Source of the DNA: Octopus bimaculoides
Lineage: Eukaryota
NCBI RefSeq assembly: GCF_001194135.2
Contig: NC_068997.1
Location: forward strand, 4,676,936-4,740,935
Direction: 5' to 3'
Length of the DNA: 64,000 nt
Part shown: positions 51,360-64,000 of the stretch, piece after piece
Layout of the letters: each line of letters starts with the position of its first letter
Position numbering within the stretch: the first letter of the stretch is position 1
Translations under genes and position numbers: made by a program
The notes under the pieces: model-generated
Told to the model about the DNA's origin: nothing
Seen by the model: only the letters and a program-made list of their open reading frames with translations
Databases searched by the model: none

Positions 51360-51499
51360 GTAAGATTTAGAGTCGTGTGTCTTCAGAAACGTGAGACAAT
51401 TGATTGTTAAATTAGGGTTTGAGCATTACTTAAATTTCAAAGGGGACATAACTTTATTTTAATGATTACAGTTATCTCCCCTGTTAGCTAAGTTTACAA

Positions 51500-51721
51500 A
51501 ATGTATACAAATAATTACAGAGGTATAAAGTTGTTGGATCAGGTAACGAAAGTCATGGAGAGGGTCATAGCCCAACTAATTAGGAAGAGAGTCAATTTAG
51601 ATGAGATGCAGTTTAGGTTCATTCCAGGGAAAAGCACCACTGATGCTATATTTCTGGTAAGACAGCTGCAGGAGAAATACCTACCCAAAGATAAACCTCT
51701 GTACCTGGCATTCATTGACAT

Positions 51722-51722
<1 letters not shown>
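51500..51722 (+). mobile_element. RTE-LINE RT fragment
   Basis: NYRGIKLLDQVTKVMERVIAQLIRKRVNLDEMQFRFIPGKSTTDAIFLVRQLQEKYL..KPLYLAFID. Confidence 0.92.
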
Positions 51723-51773
<51 letters not shown>

Positions 51774-51849
51774 CCTTGTACCTACTACACTATTACACAT
51801 TTTCAAGGAAAAGTTTAATATTTACAACCATCTATCTACCATATTTCTT

Positions 51850-52230
51850 AATGAGTATAAAATCTGTCTGGTTTGTTTGAATGGAAGGTGATCAAGTAGC
51901 AAGTTGATTTGCTGGAGTTTGTGTTACAGAGGGTTATTTCATTTGTATCACAGATCTCAAGAAGTCTTAATTCTGCCTCATTCCTAGAGCTGTGTCTATA
52001 GCTACCATGTACTCCAGAAAAGCCTGGATTAGTACTGCTCAACATCATTATTGAAACCACGGAGATAATGATGCCACTTGAACTTTGCAAACATCTTCTC
52101 TAATGTGTGTGTGGGTGTGTGGCACTTTTTCACACGGCTATCCTCATCCATTCTCGCCACATGACCATACCAGTGCAATCGTCTCTCTTGCACACCACAA
52201 CTGATGCTTCTTAGGTCCAACTTTTCTCTC
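51850..52230 (-). mobile_element. RTE-LINE fragments (AP endonuclease piece and C-terminal piece)
   Basis: GVHGSY..SRNEAELRLLEICDTNEI.LCNT and REKLDLRSISCGVQERRLHWYGH. Confidence 0.75.
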
Positions 52231-53138
52231 AAAACTGATCCATTGAAAATACTTTATAATAATAACAATAATAATAATAATAATAATAATAATATATATA
52301 TATATATATATGTGTGTGTCTATATAGAGAGAATCGATGTATAAAACATTAAAAAATATTTACCTGCTAACTAAGAGCTCATATTAAATACTTGTGGGGA
52401 CACTATATTTTGTTATGCCACCATAGTATACTACAAGGTGTATTAAATGCTTTATTAGTCAATATTGTTAGCAATGCTATTGACTCACTTTTTAAGGTTA
52501 TGTCTACAGATTTTCTATAGAAATTCTAGCCAGCTTGGATTTGTTATGATGTTTCATATCTAAATACACTTAATGTAAACAATGCAAGTGATGATGAAAA
52601 AATAGGTTTATAAGAGCTCAGTTAATAGTAGGCTGTGAAGCTCCAGCATCATCAGCATCATTTTATATTTGACTTCCATGCTGGCATGAGTTGGACAATT
52701 AAACTGGCTTCAACAGGTTGGTAAGTGCCATCTTGTTCCAATGTTTGAGGCTCTTCCTAATACCAAACACTTTGCAAAGTGCACTGGAGGCATTTTTCAT
52801 GGCACCAGTTATGGTGAAGTCACCTTGTAACTTTTAAGACTAAAGTGCAGCCACATTAGAAAAGGGGAATAAGAGAGAAGGTGATGACTTCAGGCAATGT
52901 GTTTAGAAGTTAAAATATGATGGGAGGAGCAGGTGTATTGTTGTAAGAGGGTGTCAGTGGAGAGAGTAACAGAAAGGAAAGATAATTTCAATCTTAAATT
53001 TAACATGGAAGTTGTGTTAGAACACAGAATACTGTGTTATTTACCTTGAGAGAATCTCTCGTAAGGACTTGTGGTGCATAAAAAGCACTTGAAATCAAAT
53101 TGTTGACAGATGAGAGTTGTCTGCTACAGCTGCCAGAA

Positions 53139-53185
53139 CTGCCAGATCATGTGATCTCACTCTACTATGGGTTCATCAGTAACTG
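53139..53185 (-). ncRNA. Type I hammerhead motif (GAAA mutated to GAGA)
   Basis: cagtta-CTGATGA-accc-atagta-gagt-GAGAT-cacatg-ATC-tggcag. Confidence 0.75.
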
Positions 53186-53657
53186 ATGTCCAGCAGCATG
53201 ATAACATCCAAATCTCTCATCAATGATATATAGAATCTCAGTGTCTATTCAAGCACTGGTGTTGTAAATAGCCAGTGGGCATATTAAAAAAAATAATTAA
53301 TAGCAACAGAAGCAGTGTAAATACTAAAGGGTAATCTTGATCTCCTACTTCATGTGAAGGTTGTGTTAGAATGCAGAATACTGTGTTATTTACCTTGTGA
53401 GAATGTCTCAGAAGGACTTGTGATGCATAAAAGCACTCAAAAATCATATCCTTGACAGATGAAAATCATCTACTATGGCTGCCAGAACTGCCAGATTACT
53501 TTTTGGTATTAATACTGCTTCTGTCATCATTAATTACTTTTTGATAATCCCACTGGTTTATTAAAAAATAATTATTTGCAACATCTATGCCTGACTAGAT
53601 ATTGAGATCCTATACACCACTGATGGGAGATTTGGCTGTTATCTAGCTGCTAGATAT

Positions 53658-53715
53658 CTGTCACTGAGGAACCCACAGAAGGGTGAAATCACAGAAGGGT
53701 GAAATGATCTGGCAG
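53658..53715 (+). ncRNA. Type I hammerhead motif with a small internal duplication in stem III
   Basis: ctgtca-CTGAGGA-accc-acagaa-gggt-GAAAT-cac[agaagggtgaaa]tg-ATC-tggcag. Confidence 0.7.
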
Positions 53716-54084
53716 TTCCAGTGACTGTAGCAGACAATTCTTGTCCGTCAACAATATTATTTCACTTGCTTTTATGCACCACAAGTCCTTATTAAAGATT
53801 CTTTCAAGGTAAGTAAAGCAATTTTTGTTGTTCTAACACAACATCCACGTAAAGTTGGAGATCAAGATTACCTTTTGGTATTAATACTGCTTTTGTCGCT
53901 ACTAATTATTTTTTAACAGAGACAGTATGAGAGAGAAGGAAATGATAATTTGGGAAAGAGAAAAAATAGTATCAGGGGTTAGGGTGATTGAGTCACAGAG
54001 TGAAAAGGTATGACAGTGGGGTGGGTTGAGTAGGAGCAAATTTAGAACTACCCTATAATGCCTGGCTCTCCATCGATTATGATA

Positions 54085-54385
54085 ATGAGGGTTCCACTTC
54101 ATTTGGTCAACCAAACAGTCTGCTCATGAAATTAACATGCAAGTGGCTGAGCTCCCCACAGACCTGCATGCCCTTAATGTAGTTTTCAAGGGTATTCAGA
54201 TGACACAGAGTGTGGCAAGTCAGGCCCTCTGAATTACCCGTATAACTCATTTTTGCCAACTGAATGAACTGGGGCAATAAAAAATGAAGTGTCTTGCTCA
54301 AAAATACAACACACTGCCAGGATTCGAACTCATGACTTAATGATCATGAGCCGAATACCTTAGCCAATTAGCCATGTGCCTTCAC
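54085..54385 (-). mobile_element. SINE C
   Basis: Reverse homolog of 10605-10925. Confidence 0.85.
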
Positions 54386-54939
54386 ACACTGTAATATGTG
54401 GGAGAGGGAGTGGTGATAGAGAGATGTGGTACCAAGGTGCTAGAGCATACCTACAGGGTAATATGTTCATGTAAGTAAACTGGAGAGAGTATAGTGATAG
54501 AGAATCAGAAGGGATGGGTAAATGTTGCCAAAAGTGGGTGAAAATGGGTGGGAGACTGTGGTTATAGATAGATGGGTGTTTAGGTAGTTAGTGATAAGCA
54601 TCAAGGAGAGGGTAACAGTGATAAAACTGAGAGATGGAGTACAGGAGAAAGTGGATTGGGGGGACAGGAGTAATGACAGACAGAACAAAAAGAAGGGTGG
54701 TATATGTAGCAATGGGTTCTGGTTTCATGAATTACTTTAGCAGAATAATACAGTAGAAAGAAGAGTAATGGAAGGATGAGTGGTAGGGAGGTAAGTGGTG
54801 GATAGCAGACGTAGTTTCAACAGATTCATATTCAGCAAAGAATCCTGATATGTGCATACATATTATGCTTCAATTACTATTTCATCACCATTCTAACATC
54901 AATTTCACTATGCTTTCATAGGTGAGCAGGTCTTCAGTA

Positions 54940-55118
54940 TACACAGTGGGTAGCTGAAAAGTTCCTGATTTCAAGGGTATCGTAAAAGGCTTGGTTGGAG
55001 ACCCATTTTCTGAAAGATTGCTGCAATAAGTGCATGAATTTGAGAGCGGAATATGTTGAATAAAATCATAACTGACTGATCCTCCTGCATTTCCTTTTAC
55101 CCAGCATCCCCTCATGTA
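54940..55118. mobile_element. Mariner-derived MITE, decayed copy
   Basis: Matches 48475-48692. Confidence 0.75.
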
Positions 55119-55504
55119 TCACCATCATCTTCATAGATAGGACAGTTCAACAGGATCCAACAAGTCCAAGGATTACATTGAGCTCCTATGTCTACAACTG
55201 GATGTCCTTCTCAATGCCAACCACTTTACAGGATGTACAAGGTACTTTTATTATGGCACCAATGCTGGTGAGGTCACCATGTAATTTGCAAGACAAAAAC
55301 AACAGTCTTTATGATTGAGGGGGAATATAGTAGACAGAGAGGTGACTTTATTCCCTCTGTTTGGAGGTTAAAGTATGATGAAGTGAGAGCATTCAACACT
55401 TCACTAAAAGACATACCTATATCTAGTAGGATGGCTACAAGGACCAAGAAGAAAACATACAGTAGTAAGTTGTGTGAAACAGAGTTTATTTTAACAGGAT
55501 ACTT

Positions 55505-55640
55505 CTTGAAATCACCTGAGACACACCTCCATCAAGGGATACACTTCAACCAGTTGTGCAGTATCCTACCTGTGAAGGATCAATGCTAGGTGGGTCAAAA
55601 CAATTGTAGTGATAAATAAAGATTCTCATATCTTCTATCT
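55505..55640 (+). ncRNA. Decayed PLE terminal repeat with inactivated hammerhead, homolog of 17525-17684
   Basis: atcac-CTGA-GA-cacacct...aggtgggtc-AAAAC-AATT-GTA-gtgataaataaa. It shares aaccagttgt, tcaatgctag and attctc.tat.ttctatctt with the 17.6 kb copy. Confidence 0.7.
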
Positions 55641-56137
55641 TCCATCTCTCTCATTAATTACATACTCAGTGAACACTGAGCCAGTGAACGTACTTTACCG
55701 GCAAACTACCAGGTGTATACCATATGATTTATTAACTATATATATATATATATATATNNNNNNNNNNNNNNNNNNNNNNNNNNNNNNNNNNNNNNNNNNN
55801 NNNNNNNNNNNNNNNNNNNNNNNNNNNNNNNNNNNNNNNNNNNNNNNNNNNNNNNNNNNNNNNNNNNNNNNNNNNNNNNNNNNNNNNNNNNNNNNNNNNN
55901 NNNNNNNNNNNNNNNNNNNNNNNNNNNNNNNNNNNNNNNNNNNNNNNNNNNNNNNNNNNNNNNNNNNNNNNNNNNNNNNNNNNNNNNNNNNNNNNNNNNN
56001 NNNNNNNNNNNNNNNNNNNNNNNNNNNNNNNNNNNNNNNNNNNNNNNNNNNNNNNNNNNNNNNNNNNNNNNNNNNNNNNNNNNNNNNNNNNNNNNNNNNN
56101 NNNNNNNNNNNNNNNNNNNNNNNNNNNNNNNNNNNNN

Positions 56138-56169
<32 letters not shown>

Positions 56170-56174
56170 GTATG

Positions 56175-57055
56175 TATGTATGTGTGTGTATATGTTTGTG
56201 TCTGTGTTTGTCCCCCCAACATTGCTCGACAACCGATGCTGGTGTGTTTACGTCCCCGTAACTTAGCAGTTCAGCGAAAAGAGATCGATAGAATAAGTAC
56301 TAGGCTTACAAAGAATAAGACCTGGGGTCGATTTGCTCGACTAAAGGCGGTGCTCCAGCATGGCCACAGTCAAATGACTGAAACAAGTAAAAGAGTAAAA
56401 GAGCAATATATATACTTGCATGCATGAGGAACTGCTGGTCATCTATACAAAAACTTTGTCCAGATTTTCACCCTGTGGATAAACTTCTCAGGTGCAGATT
56501 GAAAGTCTGACAAAACATACTTAGACCCCTGATATGTACCTCATTTGTATTACATATATTTCAATTATTTGTGTTTGATTTCTTCCTTTTGCTATACCAG
56601 CAGACACAGCCATTTGTCTTACTATATTTGTTGCTCGCTCATTATGGCATCTCCTCTCTTACTGCCCTTCTTTACTCTCTCATGGTAAGTAGCTTGCTTA
56701 CCAACCACATGGTTCTGGGTTCAGTCCCACTGCATGGCACCTTGGGCAAGTATCTTCTACTATAGCCTCAGGCCAACCAAAGACTTGTGAATGGAATTGG
56801 TAGACAGTAACTGAAAGGAGTCCTTCGTATATATATATGTGTGTGTGTGTGTGTTTGTGTGTCTGTGTTTGTCCCCCCACCATCGCTTGACAACCGATGC
56901 TGGTGTGTTTACATTTCCATAACTTAGCAGTTCAGCAAAAGAGAACGATAGAATAAGTACTAGGCTTACAAAGAATAAGACCTGGGGTTGATTTGTTCGA
57001 CTAAAGGCAGTGCTCCAGCATGGCCACAGTCAAATGACTGAAACTAATAAAAGAA
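56175..57055 (+). mobile_element. Two SINE A copies (56175-56402 3' half; 56683-57055)
   Basis: Nearly identical 3' halves with gagtaaaagag tail. Confidence 0.88.
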
Positions 57056-57323
57056 TATATGTATATATTTCACCTGTTCCATTCCCAGAATGCAGTTCTC
57101 CCTCTTCTTCATTCATATTCACTCCCACTAGTTTCATTCCTTTTTGACTTGAGTTCTCTACAAGAACACACCATTTTCTATATCTCTCTATTATATTTAA
57201 CCCTTCCAGGACAATCACTCATACACTTAATTTTGTTATTTCTCATTTTCCCAGAGTTGCTATTGGGTACGATAATCTTGTGGGGTTTTTTAAAAATTTA
57301 TTTTGGTTTAAAAAAACAGTTTT

Positions 57324-57439
57324 TTAAAAAGCATGTTCTGCCGCAGTCACTGTACCACTCCTTAACAACCATTTCTGATGCTTGTTGATGCCACTATTAT
57401 TAGCAGTACCATCTAAAGATGTTGAAATCACAGCAATCC
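57324..57439 (-). CDS. Candidate terminal exon (IAVISTSLDGTANNSGINKHQKWLLRSGTVTAAEHAF*)
   Basis: Acceptor tttcatcagctggctttaag, 37 open codons, AATAAA at 57302-57297. No recognised homology. Confidence 0.33.
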
Positions 57440-57630
57440 CTTAAAGCCAGCTGATGAAAAAAAATCTTCCATTTGTTTTGTTTAAGTAATCCATTTTTGT
57501 CATTTATGCCTACTTTGATTGGCAAACACAAACATGCACATATATGTACATACACATGTTTACACACACTAACACATACATGTATCTGAGCATATGTGTA
57601 TATATGTATGTCTACATACACACAGACACA

Positions 57631-57697
<67 letters not shown>

Positions 57698-58059
57698 GCA
57701 TGCATACATACATACATACATACATACATACATACATACTACTCTATCCCTCTCTTTGTTACTTTCTCACTTATCACTCACCCACTCTCCTGTTAGTTTA
57801 CTTCCCAACTGTTGTACGATGTCTCTCCAACCACACCATGTGTCATAAGGGATAGCATTGGAGTTATCCATTCAGTCCCAAATTACTGATGTCTATCACT
57901 CTTTGTCTTACCATTGTCCATCTTTATTCCTATTCATCACTTTCTCTTATTTCCATTACTTCATCTTCTAGTATCATGTCCCCTTCTGCCTTTCTCTCTT
58001 CAATTCCCCATCAACTTAACCAACCTACCAACAACTAACATACAACTAGCTGTCATTCT

Positions 58060-58113
<54 letters not shown>

Positions 58114-59483
58114 NNNNNNNNNNNNNNNNNNNNNNNNNNNNNNNNNNNNNNNNNNNNNNNNNNNNNNNNNNNNNNNNNNNNNNNNNNNNNNNNNNNNNNN
58201 NNNNNNNNNNNNNNNNNNNNNNNNNNNNNNNNNNNNNNNNNNNNNNNNNNNNNNNNNNNNNNNNNCTCTCTCTCTTACTCTTTCACCTATCACCCAAGTT
58301 TTCTCCTGTTAATTTCCCTTTTATACTCTCTCAATGAACAGAACCAATGTAAAGTAAAACAGAGTGCATAGTAAGTCTCGGTCAGGCTATTCTATAAAGT
58401 GATTGGCTTTAGAAGGGCATCAAGCCAAAGAGTAGTATGACACAAATGGGACATACAAGTGAAATGTGGTCACTGAACTGTCCAGGAGGAAGTAACTCCA
58501 AATAAGAACTGCTTCAGATTGTGATGACCTGTCCAACCTTTGCCAGTATGAAAATGTTGATGCAAACTATTCATGATGATGATGTATGAATGCATACATA
58601 AACACACACACGCGCATGTACATATACATATGAAATATACATACATGTGCATGTTACTTTGTGTGTGTGTGTGTGTGTGTGTGTGGGTGTGTAAAATATA
58701 TGCATACATTATCTATCTATATCTATATATATATATAAACATATGCATATGCACAAATATATATATATATANNNNNNNNNNNNNNNNNNNNNNNNNNNNN
58801 NNNNNNNNNNNNNNNNNNNNNNNNNNNNNNNNNNNNNNNNNNNNNNNNNNNNNNNNNNNNNNNNNNNNNNNNNNNNNNNNNNNNNNNNNNNNNNNNNNNN
58901 NNNNNNNNNNNNNNNNNNNNNNNNNNNNNNNNNNNNNNNNNNNNNNNNNNNNNNNNNNNNNNNNNNNNNNNNNNNNNNNNNNNNNNNNNNNNNNNNNNNN
59001 NNNNNNNNNNNNNNNNNNNNNNNNNNNNNNNNNNNNNNNNNNNNNNNNNNNNNNNNNNNNNNNNNNNNNNNNNNNNNNNNNNNNNNNNNNNNNNNNNNNN
59101 NNNNNNNNNNNNNNNNNNNNNNNNNNNNNNNNNNNNNNNNNNNNNNNNNNNNNNNNNNNNNNNNNNNNNNNNNNNNNNNNNNNNNNNNNNNNNNNNNNNN
59201 NNNNNNNNNNNNNNNNNNNNNNNNNNNNNNNNNNNNNNNNNNNNNNNNNNNNNNNNNNNNNNNNNNNNNNNNNNNNNNNNNNNNNNNNNNNNNNNNNNNN
59301 NNNNNNNNNNNNNNNNNNNNNNNNNNNNNNNNNNNNNNNNNNNNNNNNNNNNNNNNNNNNNNNNNNNNNNNNNNNNNNNNNNNNNNNNNNNNNNNNNNNN
59401 NNNNNNNNNNNNNNNNNNNNNNNNNNNNNNNNNNNNNNNNNNNNNNNNNNNNNNNNNNNNNNNNNNNNNNNNNNNNNNNNNNN

Positions 59484-59528
<45 letters not shown>

Positions 59529-59559
59529 TACGTACACATTTATGCATATACTCATTTAC

Positions 59560-59595
<36 letters not shown>

Positions 59596-59703
59596 ATATG
59601 TACCACATCTACATGTGTATATACACATATACATGTTTATAAATAAATAACACATATACATACACGTATAATTAATAATTATATATATTTATATATATAT
59701 ATT

Positions 59704-59734
<31 letters not shown>

Positions 59735-60682
59735 CTTTATATTAGTGAAACAGTAGTGTTAGTGTTTATGATTGGTTCGGACACTGGCTTCTGTGATCTG
59801 GCATTCATCCCAGATATATTTTGGCAAAGCAGTCTCTTACAGTTTGATAGAGAAGCTGGCGTTAAACGGACAATTGACCAGAAGTAAGATTATTATGTAT
59901 AGCATCTGCAAAGTATGGTCACTGTAGAGAGGGACTTGTTTACCATGTGGGACCGACTTCTGGAGGTAATCAGGTGTGTAGATTTACATGCATGTGTGTG
60001 TGCGTGCTTGTATATTTATAAATATACATACATGTATGTGGTTTGTGTGTATATAAACACACATATACATACATATATATATACATATATATTCATATAT
60101 ATGCATTTGTATATGTATGTATGTGCATATGTATATGCATGTATATGTTTGTAAGCATCTGTGTGTGTGTGCATGTGTGTTGGATTGTCTGTTTCATTGC
60201 AACGGACTGTATATTTACGTGTATATGTGTGTATATAACTGTATTTATCTGTCTGTATGTATGTACATATGCATACAGAAGAATGTATGTATAAAATTTG
60301 TGATCATACATATGTATGCTGTTTATTATTATCTTATATTTAAAAACTTAAAGTTCCAAATTATATATACCCTCTTCCCTTACACACACACACACACACA
60401 TTGTACACACTACACACACACACACACACATATATATATACTATAGGACAGATGTACTATTATTAAGTATTACATATTTGCATTTGTGAAATATTCCTCT
60501 ATTTTGTAACATCTTCCTTCTATCACTCTTTATTTTTCTTTCCTTCTCTCTCTCTCTTTCTCTCACACACACCATTTAATCTCTCTTATATAAATATATC
60601 TTTATTATTTCTCTCTTTCCCCCTTATTATACCTTTTCTCCGCCACCATCCTTTATAATATAATATGACCTCATCTTTCATA

Positions 60683-60714
<32 letters not shown>

Positions 60715-60915
60715 TTATATCTCTCTGTTTATCTATCTATCCATCTATTTATCTCTGTCTATCACCTCCTCTTCTCTTATGCAATCTTTTCGTTTCTCTT
60801 TTTATGATTACTTTAGTATCTCTTTTCTTTCTGTCTTTCTCTCTTCCACTCTCCTGTTTTTCTTATACAATCAGCTGACTTTCTCTTTTTTGAATTTTAA
60901 CCTCTCTCTTTCACA

Positions 60916-60977
<62 letters not shown>

Positions 60978-61935
60978 NNNNNNNNNNNNNNNNNNNNNNN
61001 NNNNNNNNNNNNNNNNNNNNNNNNNNNNNNNNNNNNNNNNNNNNNNNNNNNNNNNNNNNNNNNNNNNNNNNNNNNNNNNNNNNNNNNNNNNNNNNNNNNN
61101 NNNNNNNNNNNNNNNNNNNNNNNNNNNNNNNNNNNNNNNNNNNNNNNNNNNNNNNNNNNNNNNNNNNNNNNNNNNNNNNNNNNNNNNNNNNNNNNNNNNN
61201 NNNNNNNNNNNNNNNNNNNNNNNNNNNNNNNNNNNNNNNNNNNNNNNNNNNNNNNNNNNNNNNNNNNNNNNNNNNNNNNNNNNNNNNNNNNNNNNNNNNN
61301 NNNNNNNNNNNNNNNNNNNNNNNNNNNNNNNNNNNNNNNNNNNNNNNNNNNNNNNNNNNNNNNNNNNNNNNNNNNNNNNNNNNNNNNNNNNNNNNNNNNN
61401 NNNNNNNNNNNNNNNNNNNNNNNNNNNNNNNNNNNNNNNNNNNNNNNNNNNNNNNNNNNNNNNNNNNNNNNNNNNNNNNNNNNNNNNNNNNNNNNNNNNN
61501 NNNNNNNNNNNNNNNNNNNNNNNNNNNNNNNNNNNNNNNNNNNNNNNNNNNNNNNNNNNNNNNNNNNNNNNNNNNNNNNNNNNNNNNNNNNNNNNNNNNN
61601 NNNNNNNNNNNNNNNNNNNNNNNNNNNNNNNNNNNNNNNNNNNNNNNNNNNNNNNNNNNNNNNNNNNNNNNNNNNNNNNNNNNNNNNNNNNNNNNNNNNN
61701 NNNNNNNNNNNNNNNNNNNNNNNNNNNNNNNNNNNNNNNNNNNNNNNNNNNNNNNNNNNNNNNNNNNNNNNNNNNNNNNNNNNNNNNNNNNNNNNNNNNN
61801 NNNNNNNNNNNNNNNNNNNNNNNNNNNNNNNNNNNNNNNNNNNNNNNNNNNNNNNNNNNNNNNNNNNNNNNNNNNNNNNNNNNNNNNNNNNNNNNNNNNN
61901 NNNNNNNNTATATATATATATATATATATATATAA

Positions 61936-61985
61936 GCTGCCTGTACACTTGTTTCACTAAGTTCTTGTATTTCTTCAGAGGTTAA
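61936..61985 (-). ncRNA. Possible decayed hammerhead motif
   Basis: cct-CTGAAGA-aatacaagaacttagt-GAAAC-aagt-GTA-cagg next to (TA)n. Stems I and II are imperfect. Confidence 0.4.
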
Positions 61986-63479
61986 ACTCATGTAAATATG
62001 TATGCATGTGTGTAGCAGTAATGCTGCTCAGAACAGCTAGAGAGAGTCATCCTGCCGTTTTGTTGGAAGGTGCTGAAATCCTCATGATTTCTAGCTGGCA
62101 GTTAAAGTGAATGTCTTGCAAGCTGCAAGATAATTTATATTACCCCATTTGACTGTATCATTTTACATATATTTTTCCATGCTAGCATGGATTAGATGCA
62201 TATATCAAAGAGCTTTGTTTTGCAGTTGGATACTTTCCTATCACTAACCCTAACTTGTTTTTCAAGTAAGAAAGTCTCTTATTTTTTGCATCTTTCAAAG
62301 TGCAAAGCCAGCAAATGATGTGTTGACAAAAGAAGTGACTACAGTGTCACTACTTAGCAATTTTCAAAGAAGTGCAAGTCTAAACAATCACACACATGTA
62401 TAAACATATGCACACACACATGTACAAATACATGCATGCATGCATACACACAAACACATGCACATACACACATGTACAAATACATGCACGCACACACACA
62501 TGCACGCACAAACACTATGAACTGCTTTGAGCCCTAATGGACTTAGATAGACTGACCAACCCCTTCACTGGGTCTGCCTACTCAACCCATCCCATCACCA
62601 TTACTACTTTGTCCCTCTTCCTATTCACATCAATACCTGACATTATTCTTCCCCTTCCAAGATTGTTCTGTCTTTTATCTTCTCCATTACCATTTTCTTA
62701 CAATAAATCTGTTTCATACATCATGGGTCTCTCTTTCAATTTGCAAGCTGCAAAGTAGCCCCAACAATTCTGACACTTTGAAAAGCACCCATTACACTCC
62801 ATTAAGTAATTGGTAATCAATACAAGCAGTTACAATGCAAAGCTTGAGAGGTCTCTTTAATCTTACTGATGGCAAGGCAACCCTATATAGTGCAGGTGCC
62901 ATGATAAAATATGTCCAGTACACTCTGTAAAGTGGTTGGTTTTAGGGAGGAGCATCCACTCATAGAAACCATAAAAAAATGAAATGTTCAAGCAAGATAT
63001 GATCCTCCAACCCATTGAATCCTGTTGAACTGTCCTACCTAAGCCAGCTTGAAAAGACGGAGATAAAATTATTATTTTATATATATTGTATGATACAAAT
63101 AAGATGATATTTTTTTGAATACAGAGTTGCTATTAGAACAGCAGACATACTGGGTAAATTACACTAACAAGGTGAAAAATTTGTCAACAACCACCCATGG
63201 GTGGCAACTTTGTCCGAAAAAATTATTTTCTTATTTGTATCATACAATAAACATTTTGACACTTCTAATAACAAAACAGATATGTGTTTGTTTACATTTA
63301 TACACACAGTTGAGATGAGCTGAAATTGCAAAGATAATCTGGAACTCGACTGAGGAAAGAAAGCTCCAAATGACCCGTCCTCATTTTCTTTGTATCGTCT
63401 ATCTGGATGTTTTGTTGTCCATTTTTTGTATCACCTAACTGTCTGGATGTTTTGCGTTCTTGTCCTATTTTGTATTTTA

Positions 63480-64000
63480 GGCCCAGGAAGACCTGGGATG
63501 AGGTGGTGAAGCACGACCTCCGAACTTTAGGCCTCACCAAGGCAATGAATTGTGACCAAGACCTTTGGAAATATGCTGTGCATGAGAAGACCCGGTAAGC
63601 CAAGTGAGACCAAAATCCAAGGCCTCTGCCAGGGATGTAACCAGCCCACTTATGCGTTACATTCTTTCTTTGGACACTAAACTCCGCTTGTGAAGACCTG
63701 TTGAGGCAAGTGAAATCAAAATCAAAATCGAACTAAATTTGTAGACTGGCACCCATGCCAACGTCTTCATTGAACACTAAAATCAGCTTGTGAAGACCTG
63801 TTGGGGCAAGCGAAAGTGAGATCGTGATGGCACCAGTACCAGTAAATCACTAAGAGCACCGTCCGAGCGTGATCATTGCCAGAGCACCAGCTGTCTGGCT
63901 TTCGTGCCGGTAGCACGTAAATATCACCATTTGAGCGTGACTGTTACCAACGTCGCCTTCCTGGCACTTGTGCCAGTGGCACATGAAAAGACATTCAAGC
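63480..64000 (+). mobile_element. RTE-LINE 3' end, young, runs off the window
   Basis: RPRKTWDEVVKHDLRTLGLTKAMNCDQDLWKYAVHEKTR* followed by CpG-rich UTR repeats. Confidence 0.9.

Larger units (their letters stand above)
52985..53915. mobile_element. Retrozyme-like HHR-containing ~350-bp repeat: ~1.45 tandem units on minus (52985-53493) joined to ~1.1 units on plus (53494-53915)
   Basis: Period 349 bp on minus (53144 to 53493). The plus unit is terminally redundant (gattac..ttttggtattaatactgc at 53494 and 53866). Each full unit carries one HHR. No ORF. Confidence 0.8.

Noticed and set aside
59746-59973. Exon in the unique segment near 59.8 kb
   Set aside because: Open frames and plausible splice sites exist on both strands, so strand and frame cannot be assigned. 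It is mentioned only as a possible continuation of the plus chain.
63340-63400. CTGAGGA-aa-GAAAG as a hammerhead
   Set aside because: No room for stem II and no stem I complement.

Overview
AT-rich, microsatellite-riddled animal DNA from a draft assembly, with 11 N-gaps that all abut (TA)n or (CT)n runs. The SINE, LINE and MITE families look like those of Octopus (my recognition; no search was run). Most of the window is decayed mobile DNA: three tRNA-derived SINE families, many RTE-LINE pieces, an R4/Dong-like LINE, at least six mariner derivatives, piggyBac-like MITEs, a Gypsy pol scrap, a 5'-truncated Penelope-like element (PLE) with GIY-YIG endonuclease, and a LINE C-terminus with two C2H2 fingers. 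Nearly all long ORFs in the track are microsatellite or gap artefacts. No host gene can be named. There is a CpG-rich YY1/NRF1/ETS promoter-like island at about 21.3 kb and some phase-compatible candidate exons on both strands. The main result is a set of about 9 type I hammerhead ribozyme (HHR) motifs from several families, read by hand. They include a 349-bp retrozyme-like monomer in tandem plus inverted arrangement (53 kb) whose inversion junction falls on the predicted self-cleavage site, and a PLE terminal HHR with a long stem II that covaries with a second copy at 55.5 kb.
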